From contig CAYFIW010000001.1 of assembly GCA_964343265.1 (NCBI GenBank), forward strand, positions 72,512 to 136,511: a stretch of DNA of 64,000 nucleotides, in the 5' to 3' direction. Made by a program: the position numbers and the translations under genes. Source of the DNA: an uncultured Dehalococcoidia bacterium. Its GTDB lineage: Bacteria > Chloroflexota > Dehalococcoidia > Lucifugimonadales > UBA826. Position 1 is the stretch's first letter; every line of letters starts with the position of its first letter. Below, piece by piece: positions 18,469 to 27,254 of this stretch. The notes below the pieces were generated by a model that did not search any database, was not told the origin of the DNA, and worked only from the letters and a program-made list of their open reading frames with translations.

Positions 18469-19620
18469 ATGTCTGAAATAAATTTGCGAACGAAATTATG
18501 TGAAGTTCTGGAGATTGAATACCCAATTTGTCTGGCTGGTATGGGTGGATTGCAAGGAAAATTCACCCCTCCTGAACTTGTTGCAGCCGTTTCTAATGCT
18601 GGAGGATTAGGAGTAATAGGTGCGGCAGGGGTCCCTGTTCCTATATTAAGGGAGAGAATTAGGAAAACAAAAGAGCTAACCGACAAGCCTTTTGGGGTTG
18701 ATTTGCTCTTACCTGCGAAGGTAGATCGTACTGGGGCAGGGAAGGAGGGGCAACCTTATGAAGAGGCCATGGGTCAGCTAAGAAGTGATTACCCAAAGCA
18801 TGCAGATTTTGTGGAATCTCTAATAGCTGAATTTGGAATAGAAGATGAGGCTGAATCTTATAAAGAACCGGAGGGAGATCCTAGAGATAGGACCGTTAAG
18901 AGACAGGTGGACGCAATATTCGATGAACAGGTGCCAGTGTTTGCTGCAGGTCTGGGAGATCCAGCGTGGGTCGTTCCCATAGCAAAGGAGGCTGGTGCAA
19001 AGGTTATGGGGCTATCCGGAAGTGTTAGAAATGCTGAAAGGCAATTGAAAGCAGGGGTAGATATAGTAGTTGCTCAGGGAACAGAAGCAGGTGGTCATAC
19101 TGGAAAAATTGCCACGATGCCTCTGGTTCCCCAAATCGTTGATGCTGTAGATCCTACACCAGTTGTAGCAGCCGGAGGAATTGCCGATGGAAGAGGTATA
19201 GCGGCGGCCTTAACCTTAGGTGCTGAAGGAGTATGGCTTGGAACGGCTTTTTTGGCATCTAAGGAATCACAAATTCATAAAACGCAGCAGGACGCGATAA
19301 TAGCTGGACACTCAGGTGAATTTGAAATTAGTCGTTCGTACACTGGTAAAACTGCAAGACAATTTAGAAACCCGATTGTCGAAGCTTGGGAGAATTCCGG
19401 TTTAACACCTCTACCTATGCCTTTACAAGGTATCCTGATGGCGAAATTAGGGTCCGCTGCTGAAAAGGCGGGTCGGCATGATCTGGTATTTACCCCTTCT
19501 GGTCAAGCATCAGGTCTGATTCGAGAAGCTAGACCGGCTTCAGTAATAATGGAACACTTGGTTACTTCTACAGTAGAGTGTCTTGACAATTTGAAGTACA
19601 GAGTAGCGATGACTATATAG
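18469..19620 (+). CDS. nitronate monooxygenase / FabK-like FMN oxidoreductase
   Basis: LAGMGG, VVAQGTEAGGH, AAGGIADGRG motifs of the NMO (2-nitropropane dioxygenase) family. Confidence 0.75.
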   Translation: MSEINLRTKLCEVLEIEYPICLAGMGGLQGKFTPPELVAAVSNAGGLGVIGAAGVPVPILRERIRKTKELTDKPFGVDLLLPAKVDRTGAGKEGQPYEEAMGQLRSDYPKHADFVESLIAEFGIEDEAESYKEPEGDPRDRTVKRQVDAIFDEQVPVFAAGLGDPAWVVPIAKEAGAKVMGLSGSVRNAERQLKAGVDIVVAQGTEAGGHTGKIATMPLVPQIVDAVDPTPVVAAGGIADGRGIAAALTLGAEGVWLGTAFLASKESQIHKTQQDAIIAGHSGEFEISRSYTGKTARQFRNPIVEAWENSGLTPLPMPLQGILMAKLGSAAEKAGRHDLVFTPSGQASGLIREARPASVIMEHLVTSTVECLDNLKYRVAMTI

Positions 19621-19684
19621 AGTAGTGCAAATTAATAATCGCCTGTTAAAAGTTTAACAAATATAACGTACAATTGTTATTAGT

Positions 19685-20926
19685 ATGATTAAGGTTTTAG
19701 TTGTCAGTGCACTGATTTTTACAATTATTGTGGGATGCGGTGATTCAGAAGCGATTTCCTCTGATCCCGCGCCTAACTCGGTTGTAATGTCTGATTCTGG
19801 TGATATCACACCTACCAGTACATCATTGCCACAGATTAAGGTAATTCCGACGGCAGTTTTGTCGCTTCCTACGAAGGAACCTATTGTTGGTACCTTAAAA
19901 GAAAGACCAACCGTAATAATTGAGAAAAAACCAACTCAAACTCCTGTTCCATTTCCTTCGCCATTGCCAGCTGTTGTTATACCTGCTAACGAGGTATCTA
20001 AGACGCTTACGACGGTAGAAGTAGTAAAACTTTTAAAGCCTTCTGTTGTCCATATAGCCAATGATCAAGTGGTAACGGGGATGTTTAGTCAGCCTATGCC
20101 CCGGTCTGGTGTAGGCTCCGGGGTAGTGCTTGATGATAAAGGGAGAATTTTGACTAATAATCATGTAATCCAAGGAGCTCAGTCAGTAACCGCCACGTTG
20201 AGTGATGGGAGATCTTACCCTGCAAGTGTTGTGGGTACGGACCCTAAGACAGATTTGGCCGTTATCCAAATTGAGGCGGTTAAGTTAGATCCGGCCAGAT
20301 TAGGTGATTCAAAAACGTTGGAAGTTGGCGAAGATGTCATAGCTGTCGGACATGCTTTAGGTCTAAAAGGCGGCCCTACTGTAAGTAAGGGTGTAGTAAG
20401 TGCTTTGGGAAGGACTATAGAGATCGATAACCAAAGATCTATGGTTGATTTGATACAAACAGACGCGTCAATTAATCCTGGTAATAGTGGGGGCCCCTTG
20501 GCTAATTCTAAAGGTGAAGTCATTGGAATTAATACTGCGATAATACAAGGGAGTAATGGAATCGGATTTGCCATTAATATTGATGATGCAAAGATCATAG
20601 TAAAACAACTGATTCAAAATGGCATAGTTAACCGTGGATTTATAGGTATATCGCCTTTCAACGTTACTGATTCTATTAGGGAACAACTTGACCTTCCCGT
20701 GGCCGAAGGGGTCATTATTGCTAGGGTAATTGAAGGTTTCGCCGCAGAGTCGGCTGGACTTCAAGTTGAAGATGTGATTGTTCGTCTTGGAGGAATAGAG
20801 ATCAATAATGCTGGAGATCTTTCTAAGTTCTTAATCAGTCACCTTCCAGGAGAAACTATTACCGTTGAATTTTATAGAAGAGGTACTTTATCCACAGTGG
20901 ACCTGACGTTGGGAGAAATGCCATGA
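19685..20926 (+). CDS. htrA: HtrA/DegP-family serine protease with PDZ domain (lipoprotein-like signal)
   Basis: Triad contexts TNNHVI, DLAVIQI, GNSGGPL. C-terminal PDZ-like region. N-terminal IIVGCG lipobox-like signal. Confidence 0.85.
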   Translation: MIKVLVVSALIFTIIVGCGDSEAISSDPAPNSVVMSDSGDITPTSTSLPQIKVIPTAVLSLPTKEPIVGTLKERPTVIIEKKPTQTPVPFPSPLPAVVIPANEVSKTLTTVEVVKLLKPSVVHIANDQVVTGMFSQPMPRSGVGSGVVLDDKGRILTNNHVIQGAQSVTATLSDGRSYPASVVGTDPKTDLAVIQIEAVKLDPARLGDSKTLEVGEDVIAVGHALGLKGGPTVSKGVVSALGRTIEIDNQRSMVDLIQTDASINPGNSGGPLANSKGEVIGINTAIIQGSNGIGFAINIDDAKIIVKQLIQNGIVNRGFIGISPFNVTDSIREQLDLPVAEGVIIARVIEGFAAESAGLQVEDVIVRLGGIEINNAGDLSKFLISHLPGETITVEFYRRGTLSTVDLTLGEMP

Positions 20927-20987
20927 AAATCATAATCTGGCGACCGCTAATTCTAAATTGCTCGAAGATTCTATTGTCAACAGATAA

Positions 20988-21524
20988 ATGACAGGAGAAT
21001 TAAGAACTAGGTTTTTTTTGACCAAGTTGTGCCCGCTGGCTTGTTTGTTATTAATTGTTTTTGTATTGGCTTGTTCACGTCCGACGGAAATAACTGAAAC
21101 TCAGGTTAGAGTCACTAATTTAAATAAATCGATTATGTGTCCTGTGTGCCCAGGAGAGTCTATTGATCAGTCTCAGAACGATATTGCGAGCTATATGAGG
21201 GAAATAGTTTTTGATCAGGTAGAGTCTGGGAAAACAGACGAAGAAATTAAGAATTACTTTGTCGAAAGGTATGGACCTGTGGTTCTTATGCAGCCTCCAA
21301 ACAAGGGGGTCGGAAGAATTGCGTGGATAATACCTCCGATTGGATTCTTGATCGCTATTATTGTCGTCTATATGGTTTTGTCGATTATGAGTCGTAAGAG
21401 ATCTCAAATACAAGATGAACGTCTCTACTATGATCTGGATGTATCCCTCACTTCTGATGAGCGAAAAAAATATATAGCTTTGATCGAAAATGAGGAATTT
21501 TCTAGAAAGGGCAAAATTAGATAA
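20988..21524 (+). CDS. ccmH: cytochrome c-type biogenesis protein CcmH
   Basis: CPVCPGESIDQS (CcmH CXXC motif context) plus a downstream TM helix. Lies 2 nt upstream of ccmF. Confidence 0.75.
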   Translation: MTGELRTRFFLTKLCPLACLLLIVFVLACSRPTEITETQVRVTNLNKSIMCPVCPGESIDQSQNDIASYMREIVFDQVESGKTDEEIKNYFVERYGPVVLMQPPNKGVGRIAWIIPPIGFLIAIIVVYMVLSIMSRKRSQIQDERLYYDLDVSLTSDERKKYIALIENEEFSRKGKIR

Positions 21525-21526
21525 AT

Positions 21527-23545
21527 ATGGTTGAAATTGGTCATATAGCAATAATTGCCTCCTTTTTGGTAACGATGTATTCAACATTTGTAGGGTTTGC
21601 CGGAGGTATGTTGAATGGTCGCGATCTAGCTTCCAGTGCTAGATGGGGTTTTTACTCTGTAGTTCCGTTATTGCTTGTAGCGACTATGTGTCTAATATAT
21701 GCCTTCGTCACAAATGATTTTTCGGTTAAATATGTGGCAGAAAACAGTAATTTGGCGATGCCGAAAGCATATGCATGGGTTGCTTTTTATTCAGGAAATG
21801 CGGGGTCGCTCCTATATATAGCTTTGGCGTTTTCTGTCATGGGTTCTCTTGCGATAAAAGTCATAAATGTTAAGTTGCCATATACAGCTCCGTATGCACT
21901 TGGGGTTATGTCACTTGTTTTAATATTTTTTCTAGGTGTGATTGTATTTCTTGCAAATCCCCTTGATAGATTGCCTGTTGCACCTGAAGACGGCCAAGGT
22001 ATAAACCCATTGTTAATCCATTTTGGGATGTTTATACATCCTCCGTTTCAAATGCTTGGATTAATTTCTGTGGCGATCCCATTCTCCGTTGCTATAGGAA
22101 CCCTTTTGTCTGGCAGAGGGGGCAGAGATGAATGGGTGGATCAGGGAAGACTTTGGGGCATGATCTCTTGGCTTTTACTTACTGCTGGACTTTTATTGGG
22201 CTCTTGGTGGGCGTACACGATTTTAGGTTGGGGAGGATATTGGGCCTGGGACCCAGTGGAAAATTCAGCTTTGATGCCCTGGCTTGCAATGACTGCTTTT
22301 GTTCATTCAATAATGGTACAGAAGCGCAGGGGCATGTTCCGAATGTGGAACATGCTCCTAATAATCACGAGTTTTGCAATGGCTCAGTTGGGAATGTTTA
22401 TTAATAGGGGTGGCCCTGTTCCATCGGTACACTCATTTGCAGAATCCACCATGGGATGGATTTTTTTGGCGATAATGGCGATAACACTATTTTGTTCATT
22501 GGCGACGTTTATTTTCAGATATGACACTTTGAAAAGCAGGGGAACTTTGGAGTCATTTATATCCAGAGAGGCTGCGTTTTTAGCACAAAATGTACTTTTC
22601 TTACTTATCGCATTTGTAACCTTATGGGGAACAGTGTTTCCAATATTTTCAGAGGCTGTTGATGAAACCACAATGACAATCGGGCAACCATTCTTCAACA
22701 AGGTCAATGGTCCTTTGATGTTGTTACTTATTTTCATGATGGGAGTTGGGCCTCTTTTGCCTTGGAGAAAGGCTACTTGGAGAAGTGCGATAAGAATGAT
22801 AAAAGGGCCACTTTTATTGGGAATCTCTTTCATTGTGATATCGACAATTGCAGGAATAAGGGAGCCTTGGGCTGTATTTGCGTTTGGGACCTGTGCATTG
22901 GCTTTAGGGGGAATTCTTCAAGAATGGATTAGGGGTACTCGCTCAAGATATTCGAGAGGCGAATCAGTACCCCGAGCATTTATAAGACTCATAAGTGCTA
23001 ATAGGCCGCGATATGGCGGATATGTGGTGCATATCTCTATAGTGATGCTTGGTATAGGAATAGTTGCTTCATCTTTCTATGATGTACAGCGAGATGTAGT
23101 CATGGCTCCGGGAGACGTAGAAACTTTAGGGAAATATACATTTAAGTATGTTGGTGTTGATAAAGAATTGTTCCCTGATCGTGTTAAGGAAGTAGCCCAA
23201 TTTGAGGTCTGGTCAGGGGATACTTATGTCGGTAATATGTTTCCAAATAGATCTTTCTATCCAGAATTCAGGATAGCTGCTACTAGGGGCGCAATTCGTA
23301 GTACTCCCTGGGAGGATTTTTATTTAGTGCCATCTGAGTTTAGAGAAGATGGTCAAGCTGTTTTTAGGGTGCTTATTAATCCTATGGTTTGGTGGATGTG
23401 GGCATCTGGCCCCATTTTAGTATTTGGGACAATTTTGTCTCTTTCTCCTAACCGGCGGATCGTTAGGAAACTGAGTCTCACCGACTTGAGTAGTGGTAGA
23501 GGCAACATTTCTGGTGTATATACGCCTCTCGGAGCGGGAGATTAG
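21527..23545 (+). CDS. ccmF: cytochrome c heme lyase subunit CcmF
   Basis: 672-aa polytopic protein with the WGGYWAWDPVENSALMPWL WWD motif. Confidence 0.9.
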   Translation: MVEIGHIAIIASFLVTMYSTFVGFAGGMLNGRDLASSARWGFYSVVPLLLVATMCLIYAFVTNDFSVKYVAENSNLAMPKAYAWVAFYSGNAGSLLYIALAFSVMGSLAIKVINVKLPYTAPYALGVMSLVLIFFLGVIVFLANPLDRLPVAPEDGQGINPLLIHFGMFIHPPFQMLGLISVAIPFSVAIGTLLSGRGGRDEWVDQGRLWGMISWLLLTAGLLLGSWWAYTILGWGGYWAWDPVENSALMPWLAMTAFVHSIMVQKRRGMFRMWNMLLIITSFAMAQLGMFINRGGPVPSVHSFAESTMGWIFLAIMAITLFCSLATFIFRYDTLKSRGTLESFISREAAFLAQNVLFLLIAFVTLWGTVFPIFSEAVDETTMTIGQPFFNKVNGPLMLLLIFMMGVGPLLPWRKATWRSAIRMIKGPLLLGISFIVISTIAGIREPWAVFAFGTCALALGGILQEWIRGTRSRYSRGESVPRAFIRLISANRPRYGGYVVHISIVMLGIGIVASSFYDVQRDVVMAPGDVETLGKYTFKYVGVDKELFPDRVKEVAQFEVWSGDTYVGNMFPNRSFYPEFRIAATRGAIRSTPWEDFYLVPSEFREDGQAVFRVLINPMVWWMWASGPILVFGTILSLSPNRRIVRKLSLTDLSSGRGNISGVYTPLGAGD

Positions 23546-23554
23546 CTATTTAAT

Positions 23555-23944
23555 ATGGTAATCCTAATAGGAATCCTCTTGTGTTTTGTTCCGGGCATAG
23601 CTGTTATATATCCGCTTTGGAGGAAATTTTCTTCTATGTCTCCACCGCCTGAAGATGAATCATCTTTAGAGGCAGATCTTGATAGAAGGTGGGAGTCCGC
23701 AATTGATGGTCTTCACTCTTCTGAGCTCGAATATTCAGTAGGCAACTTGAGCTTGGAGGACTATAAGGAGTTGAGAGAAGTTCACATGTTGGAAGCGGCG
23801 GTTGTACTCAAGATGTTCGATTTATCTGGAGAGGATGAAAAGTTATTGTTTGATCAGATTAACGAAGAATTAGCGAAAAGTAGCCTTCTATCTGAATTGG
23901 ATTCGGATCGTGAATCGAATCGTTGTCAGGAGAACAACGCTTGA
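23555..23944 (+). CDS. hypothetical bitopic membrane protein, ccm-linked
   Basis: One N-terminal TM helix followed by an acidic soluble tail with GNLSLEDYKELR. Starts 9 nt after ccmF. Confidence 0.5.
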   Translation: MVILIGILLCFVPGIAVIYPLWRKFSSMSPPPEDESSLEADLDRRWESAIDGLHSSELEYSVGNLSLEDYKELREVHMLEAAVVLKMFDLSGEDEKLLFDQINEELAKSSLLSELDSDRESNRCQENNA

Positions 23945-25107
23945 GAAATTTTATTTTGTCTGGTTTGTTGGTTTTTCCTTTGTTATTTATATTTTCATAC
24001 TTTGTGGTTCAGGCGTCCCCAAAAGATCCTAATATAACCGAAGTAAAAGGGCTTGTTATAAATGGCACGGATGGTTCAGAAGCCGGAAAGGGCATATCAG
24101 TAGGTCTACATGTAAGTAAATTAGGATCATCTCCTACCATGATAAACGGAGAGACTAAGCCTGACGGGTCTTTTGTTTTCACCGACGTGCCTATTGAAGA
24201 AGATGCTTTGTATGGCATTTCTGTCCTTTATGATGGAGTTAGCTACGCTTCTGGTTTTGATATTCATTCAAAGGATCCTGTAGAGATAATTATTTATGAC
24301 TCCACTAATTCTGATGAAATCATATCCGTAGTTAATGCTTCCTTTCTTTTCACTGATATTGATATCGAGATTCAAGAAATCTTGGTTATGGAAATGATTT
24401 CACTGGAAAACAACACTGATATGACCTATAAGCCTGGTTCAGGACCAATGGAACTTCTTAGATTTGGATTACCGGATGGGGTTGAGAAGCTTGTGGTAGA
24501 CACAGGATTGAGAAATGCGGATTGGATTCAAGTCGATCGAGGATTCGCATTAATTGCTTCAGTTCCCCCAGGAACACATGAACTTATGTATAGCTATTCT
24601 CTTCCGTATGATTCCTCAGCGATCAATTTCTCAAAAAACTGGCGGTATGGTGCGGATAACTTCAGAATGGTGGCTCCACGGGGTATTTTTGATTTTAGAA
24701 CAGATCTTGGATCTGATGTCACAAATAAAGACATAGGCGGACTTATATACCAAGTCCAAGAAGTTGAAGGTATTGGTAGAGGGCAAATGATGTCAGTTGA
24801 TGTATACAATCTCAGCATGCCCTCATTTTGGCAGAAATCATTACGCTATTTCACTACAGCTAGATATGAGTATAGTGGCCCAATTGCACTTTCCATTATT
24901 TTGTTAATAGTAGGGGTAGTTGGTATCTGGAAAACTATGATGGTTAGAAGAAGGAAATCTGGCTGGTTGCCTGGGTCTGAGGAGAAGCAAGTTATAGGGG
25001 ACATGATTGCTGAGGTAGATATTCTTTTTGAAAAGGGACTTATAGACAAAGAGGAGTACTTTGTTAGGCAGGAAAGTTTGAAGAAAAGATTGAATATTTT
25101 GTCTTGA
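23941..25107 (+). CDS. hypothetical exported protein with beta-sandwich-like N-domain, C-terminal TM anchor and SHOCT-like cytoplasmic tail
   Basis: A start at TTG 23941 gives a TTGA overlap with the upstream stop and a classical signal peptide (MRNFILSGLLVFPLLFIFSYFVVQA). TM IALSIILLIVGVVGIW. Tail ILFEKGLIDKEEYFVRQESLKKRL. The ORF opens at 23923. Confidence 0.55.
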   Translation: MRNFILSGLLVFPLLFIFSYFVVQASPKDPNITEVKGLVINGTDGSEAGKGISVGLHVSKLGSSPTMINGETKPDGSFVFTDVPIEEDALYGISVLYDGVSYASGFDIHSKDPVEIIIYDSTNSDEIISVVNASFLFTDIDIEIQEILVMEMISLENNTDMTYKPGSGPMELLRFGLPDGVEKLVVDTGLRNADWIQVDRGFALIASVPPGTHELMYSYSLPYDSSAINFSKNWRYGADNFRMVAPRGIFDFRTDLGSDVTNKDIGGLIYQVQEVEGIGRGQMMSVDVYNLSMPSFWQKSLRYFTTARYEYSGPIALSIILLIVGVVGIWKTMMVRRRKSGWLPGSEEKQVIGDMIAEVDILFEKGLIDKEEYFVRQESLKKRLNILS

Positions 25108-25181
25108 ATAACATTATTCTGGCCAGATTGGACTCTAACGTCAGATTTATGGGTTAGCTCTATTGTTTGGCATTTTGCGGT

Positions 25182-25955
25182 TTAGGATGACACAGATTTT
25201 AAAAACTCTGACACAATAGGAAATATCATGTCAGTACGGCCAAACGTGTACATGTGTTTTAACCCAGGCAAGGATATAAATTCTGCAGAAGGGATTCTTG
25301 AAGCAGTTTCTTTAGCTGAATCGTGTGAAAGAGGGTCTCTGTCACCCGCATACATCAGACACGGCACTTTAAGTTGACTCAAGTGATTCGTGATGTCAGC
25401 TCTGTTTATATTTGATTCAGTCTTTGCGAGATAAGCATTTAGATTTCCTTGAATGGCCTGATTTCTGTAAGGATCCATTTCTGGGCTAAGCTTGTCCATC
25501 ACTTTCGCTACCGCTTCCGGGCCCTCCTTGAACATTTTTATACGCCTCAAATCTGATTTTTTTCCGACATCAGTTCTTGGTCCCGGAGTCGCAGATCCTA
25601 TTATCAATGATAAAAATCTTTCAGGGGAAATGATTGCCAATTCCAACCCTGTTCTTCCTCCCATAGAAAACCCCATAAAATGTGATGAGAAGATTCCTTC
25701 TTTATCCATAACGCTAAGCACGTCATAAGCCATGGTTTTGTCATTGTATGAGTCAGTCTCGAGAGGTTTATCGCTTTTTCCATGACCTCTTGCGTCAAGA
25801 ATTAGGAGCGTATGACGACTTTTAAATTGTTCTACATATCCAAAATCGTACCAACAAGTGGTATCCATCATGAATCCGTGGGCCAATATCAATGGCGGCC
25901 CGCTTCCTTCCACGTGGTAATGTAATTTTATATTGCCGTTGTTAGCGTATGCCAT
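25182..25955 (-). CDS. alpha/beta hydrolase
   Basis: 257 aa. HGF oxyanion region and GFSMGG nucleophile elbow. Confidence 0.8.
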   Translation of the reverse strand: MAYANNGNIKLHYHVEGSGPPLILAHGFMMDTTCWYDFGYVEQFKSRHTLLILDARGHGKSDKPLETDSYNDKTMAYDVLSVMDKEGIFSSHFMGFSMGGRTGLELAIISPERFLSLIIGSATPGPRTDVGKKSDLRRIKMFKEGPEAVAKVMDKLSPEMDPYRNQAIQGNLNAYLAKTESNINRADITNHLSQLKVPCLMYAGDRDPLSHDSAKETASRIPSAEFISLPGLKHMYTFGRTDMIFPIVSEFLKSVSS

Positions 25956-26222
25956 CTCTGTAATTCATCAACTTATGAGATATACAGGAATTATAGCGGT
26001 ATTACATCTTAGCCTCATAGACAATATAAATGGCTTTCCTCGCTCGTGAATATGAAGGCCCGTTTTTTGGGTACTAGGTAGGTGTCATCTTGTGGATTGT
26101 ATTCTAGATAACCTCCGGCCGCTTGTGACTTGAGCCGTTCTGTGAGCAGCCGGAGATTGAATCCATAAGGTTATTTTAGGGTCGATACTTTTAGTATAAA
26201 CCTAACTTAGAAATAAAAGTTC

Positions 26223-26633
26223 CTAGCTCCATTTCCAAAGTTCCCACTGGGCATTTCCTTCTGGGTCAACATCCCAGTTGTATACAACAGCACTACCATT
26301 CAATGATGAAAGTGAAGGGGCCGTGGTTTGAAAATAGACCATTCCTTTAAATGAGGCACCACCATCTTCAGTGAAGTGCCCTATGCCTGTTGCCCTAAAA
26401 GTCGCTACACCATCTTCGGCCAAAATTAATCCGGCATTTGGACATTCTCCGTAAATAGTGCCATCTTCTCTGAGCTCAGCTGAGTAAGTGGCCATAATGT
26501 TTAGAACTTGGGCACCGACTATATTGCCGGATCCTGTTAGCGCTGACGTTTCGAAACGGGGATTAGTCCCGTTGGCTGTGAGGGTTTTAGTGGTGGTAGT
26601 TGCTGTTATCGAACCTATCTTTTCCGCTGCCAT
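26223..26633 (-). CDS. hypothetical soluble protein (no family recognised)
   Basis: AAGGAG RBS 6 nt before ATG 26633 (the ORF opens at 26663). Thr/Gly-rich, beta-strand-like composition. Ends in WELWKWS. Confidence 0.5.
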   Translation of the reverse strand: MAAEKIGSITATTTTKTLTANGTNPRFETSALTGSGNIVGAQVLNIMATYSAELREDGTIYGECPNAGLILAEDGVATFRATGIGHFTEDGGASFKGMVYFQTTAPSLSSLNGSAVVYNWDVDPEGNAQWELWKWS

Positions 26634-26670
26634 TTTTTCTCCTTTTTTAAAACTGGTATTCAAAAGTATT

Positions 26671-26691
26671 TATCGAAAATAAATTTCGATA
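26671..26691. promoter_or_regulatory. perfect 8-bp inverted repeat TATCGAAA-N5-TTTCGATA (candidate operator)
   Basis: Read directly from the sequence. Lies 38 nt upstream of the ATG of the 26223-26633 gene, in the divergent spacer toward 26928. Confidence 0.25.
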
Positions 26692-26927
26692 ATGTCGAGG
26701 AGGATATGCCATGATACATATGAAATGCAACTTTATATGTGAATAAAATAGATTACTTGAAATAGTTGTTAGCTTAAGCTTCAAATAAACATAAAAAAAT
26801 GGTGGGAAATTTATTCTTTAAGGGCTGGATTACTGTCGTCGTGAGGTTATTATTAAAAAGTAAATGGGATCGTGTAGGCTAATAATATAAAAATGAGATC
26901 GATGAGTATTAAGTTTTCGTGAATTGA

Positions 26928-27170
26928 ATGATTGAAACGATAATTTTGACGGGTTCCTGCCCTAGATGTGGGACAGGCACACTCACAAGCGATGAGGATA
27001 TGTTCGGAGTACGAATATTCTGCGTTATGTGTGGGCATAATAGAGATCTTGGCAAGTTGCCTATGAAAGTACGAAATATCAAGGACTTGGTTATTGCTGT
27101 TTTGGAATACGATAAGCAACAACTAGCAAAGCAACGTGCTGCGACATATCCCCCTTCAGTGTATGGATGA
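26928..27170 (+). CDS. small zinc-ribbon protein (CPxC...CxxCG), paralog of 34668-34862
   Basis: 80 aa. SCPRCGTGTLTSDEDMFGVRIFCVMCGHNRDL aligns by eye with the 34668 ORF. Confidence 0.55.
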   Translation: MIETIILTGSCPRCGTGTLTSDEDMFGVRIFCVMCGHNRDLGKLPMKVRNIKDLVIAVLEYDKQQLAKQRAATYPPSVYG

Positions 27171-27254
27171 AGTCTTGGCCTAATAAGAAGGGTGACTTCT
27201 GTCAATATCTGACACACTGCGACCATTCTTTTTGAAGATAGGAATATTGTCAGT

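Noticed and set aside
26113-26155. GC-rich hairpin (CTCCGGC...GCCGGAG, 7-bp perfect stem) between two minus-strand genes, considered as an intrinsic terminator.
   Set aside because: No U-tract follows it on the minus strand, and the 29-nt interior pairs poorly. It is noted as an isolated structure only.
27200-27214. Shared 9-mer TGTCAATAT in the spacer before the 904-aa gene and in the serS spacer (41744-41752), as a possible common regulatory motif.
   Set aside because: A single shared 9-mer is about what chance predicts in 64 kb of AT-rich DNA on two strands. There is no further flanking similarity.
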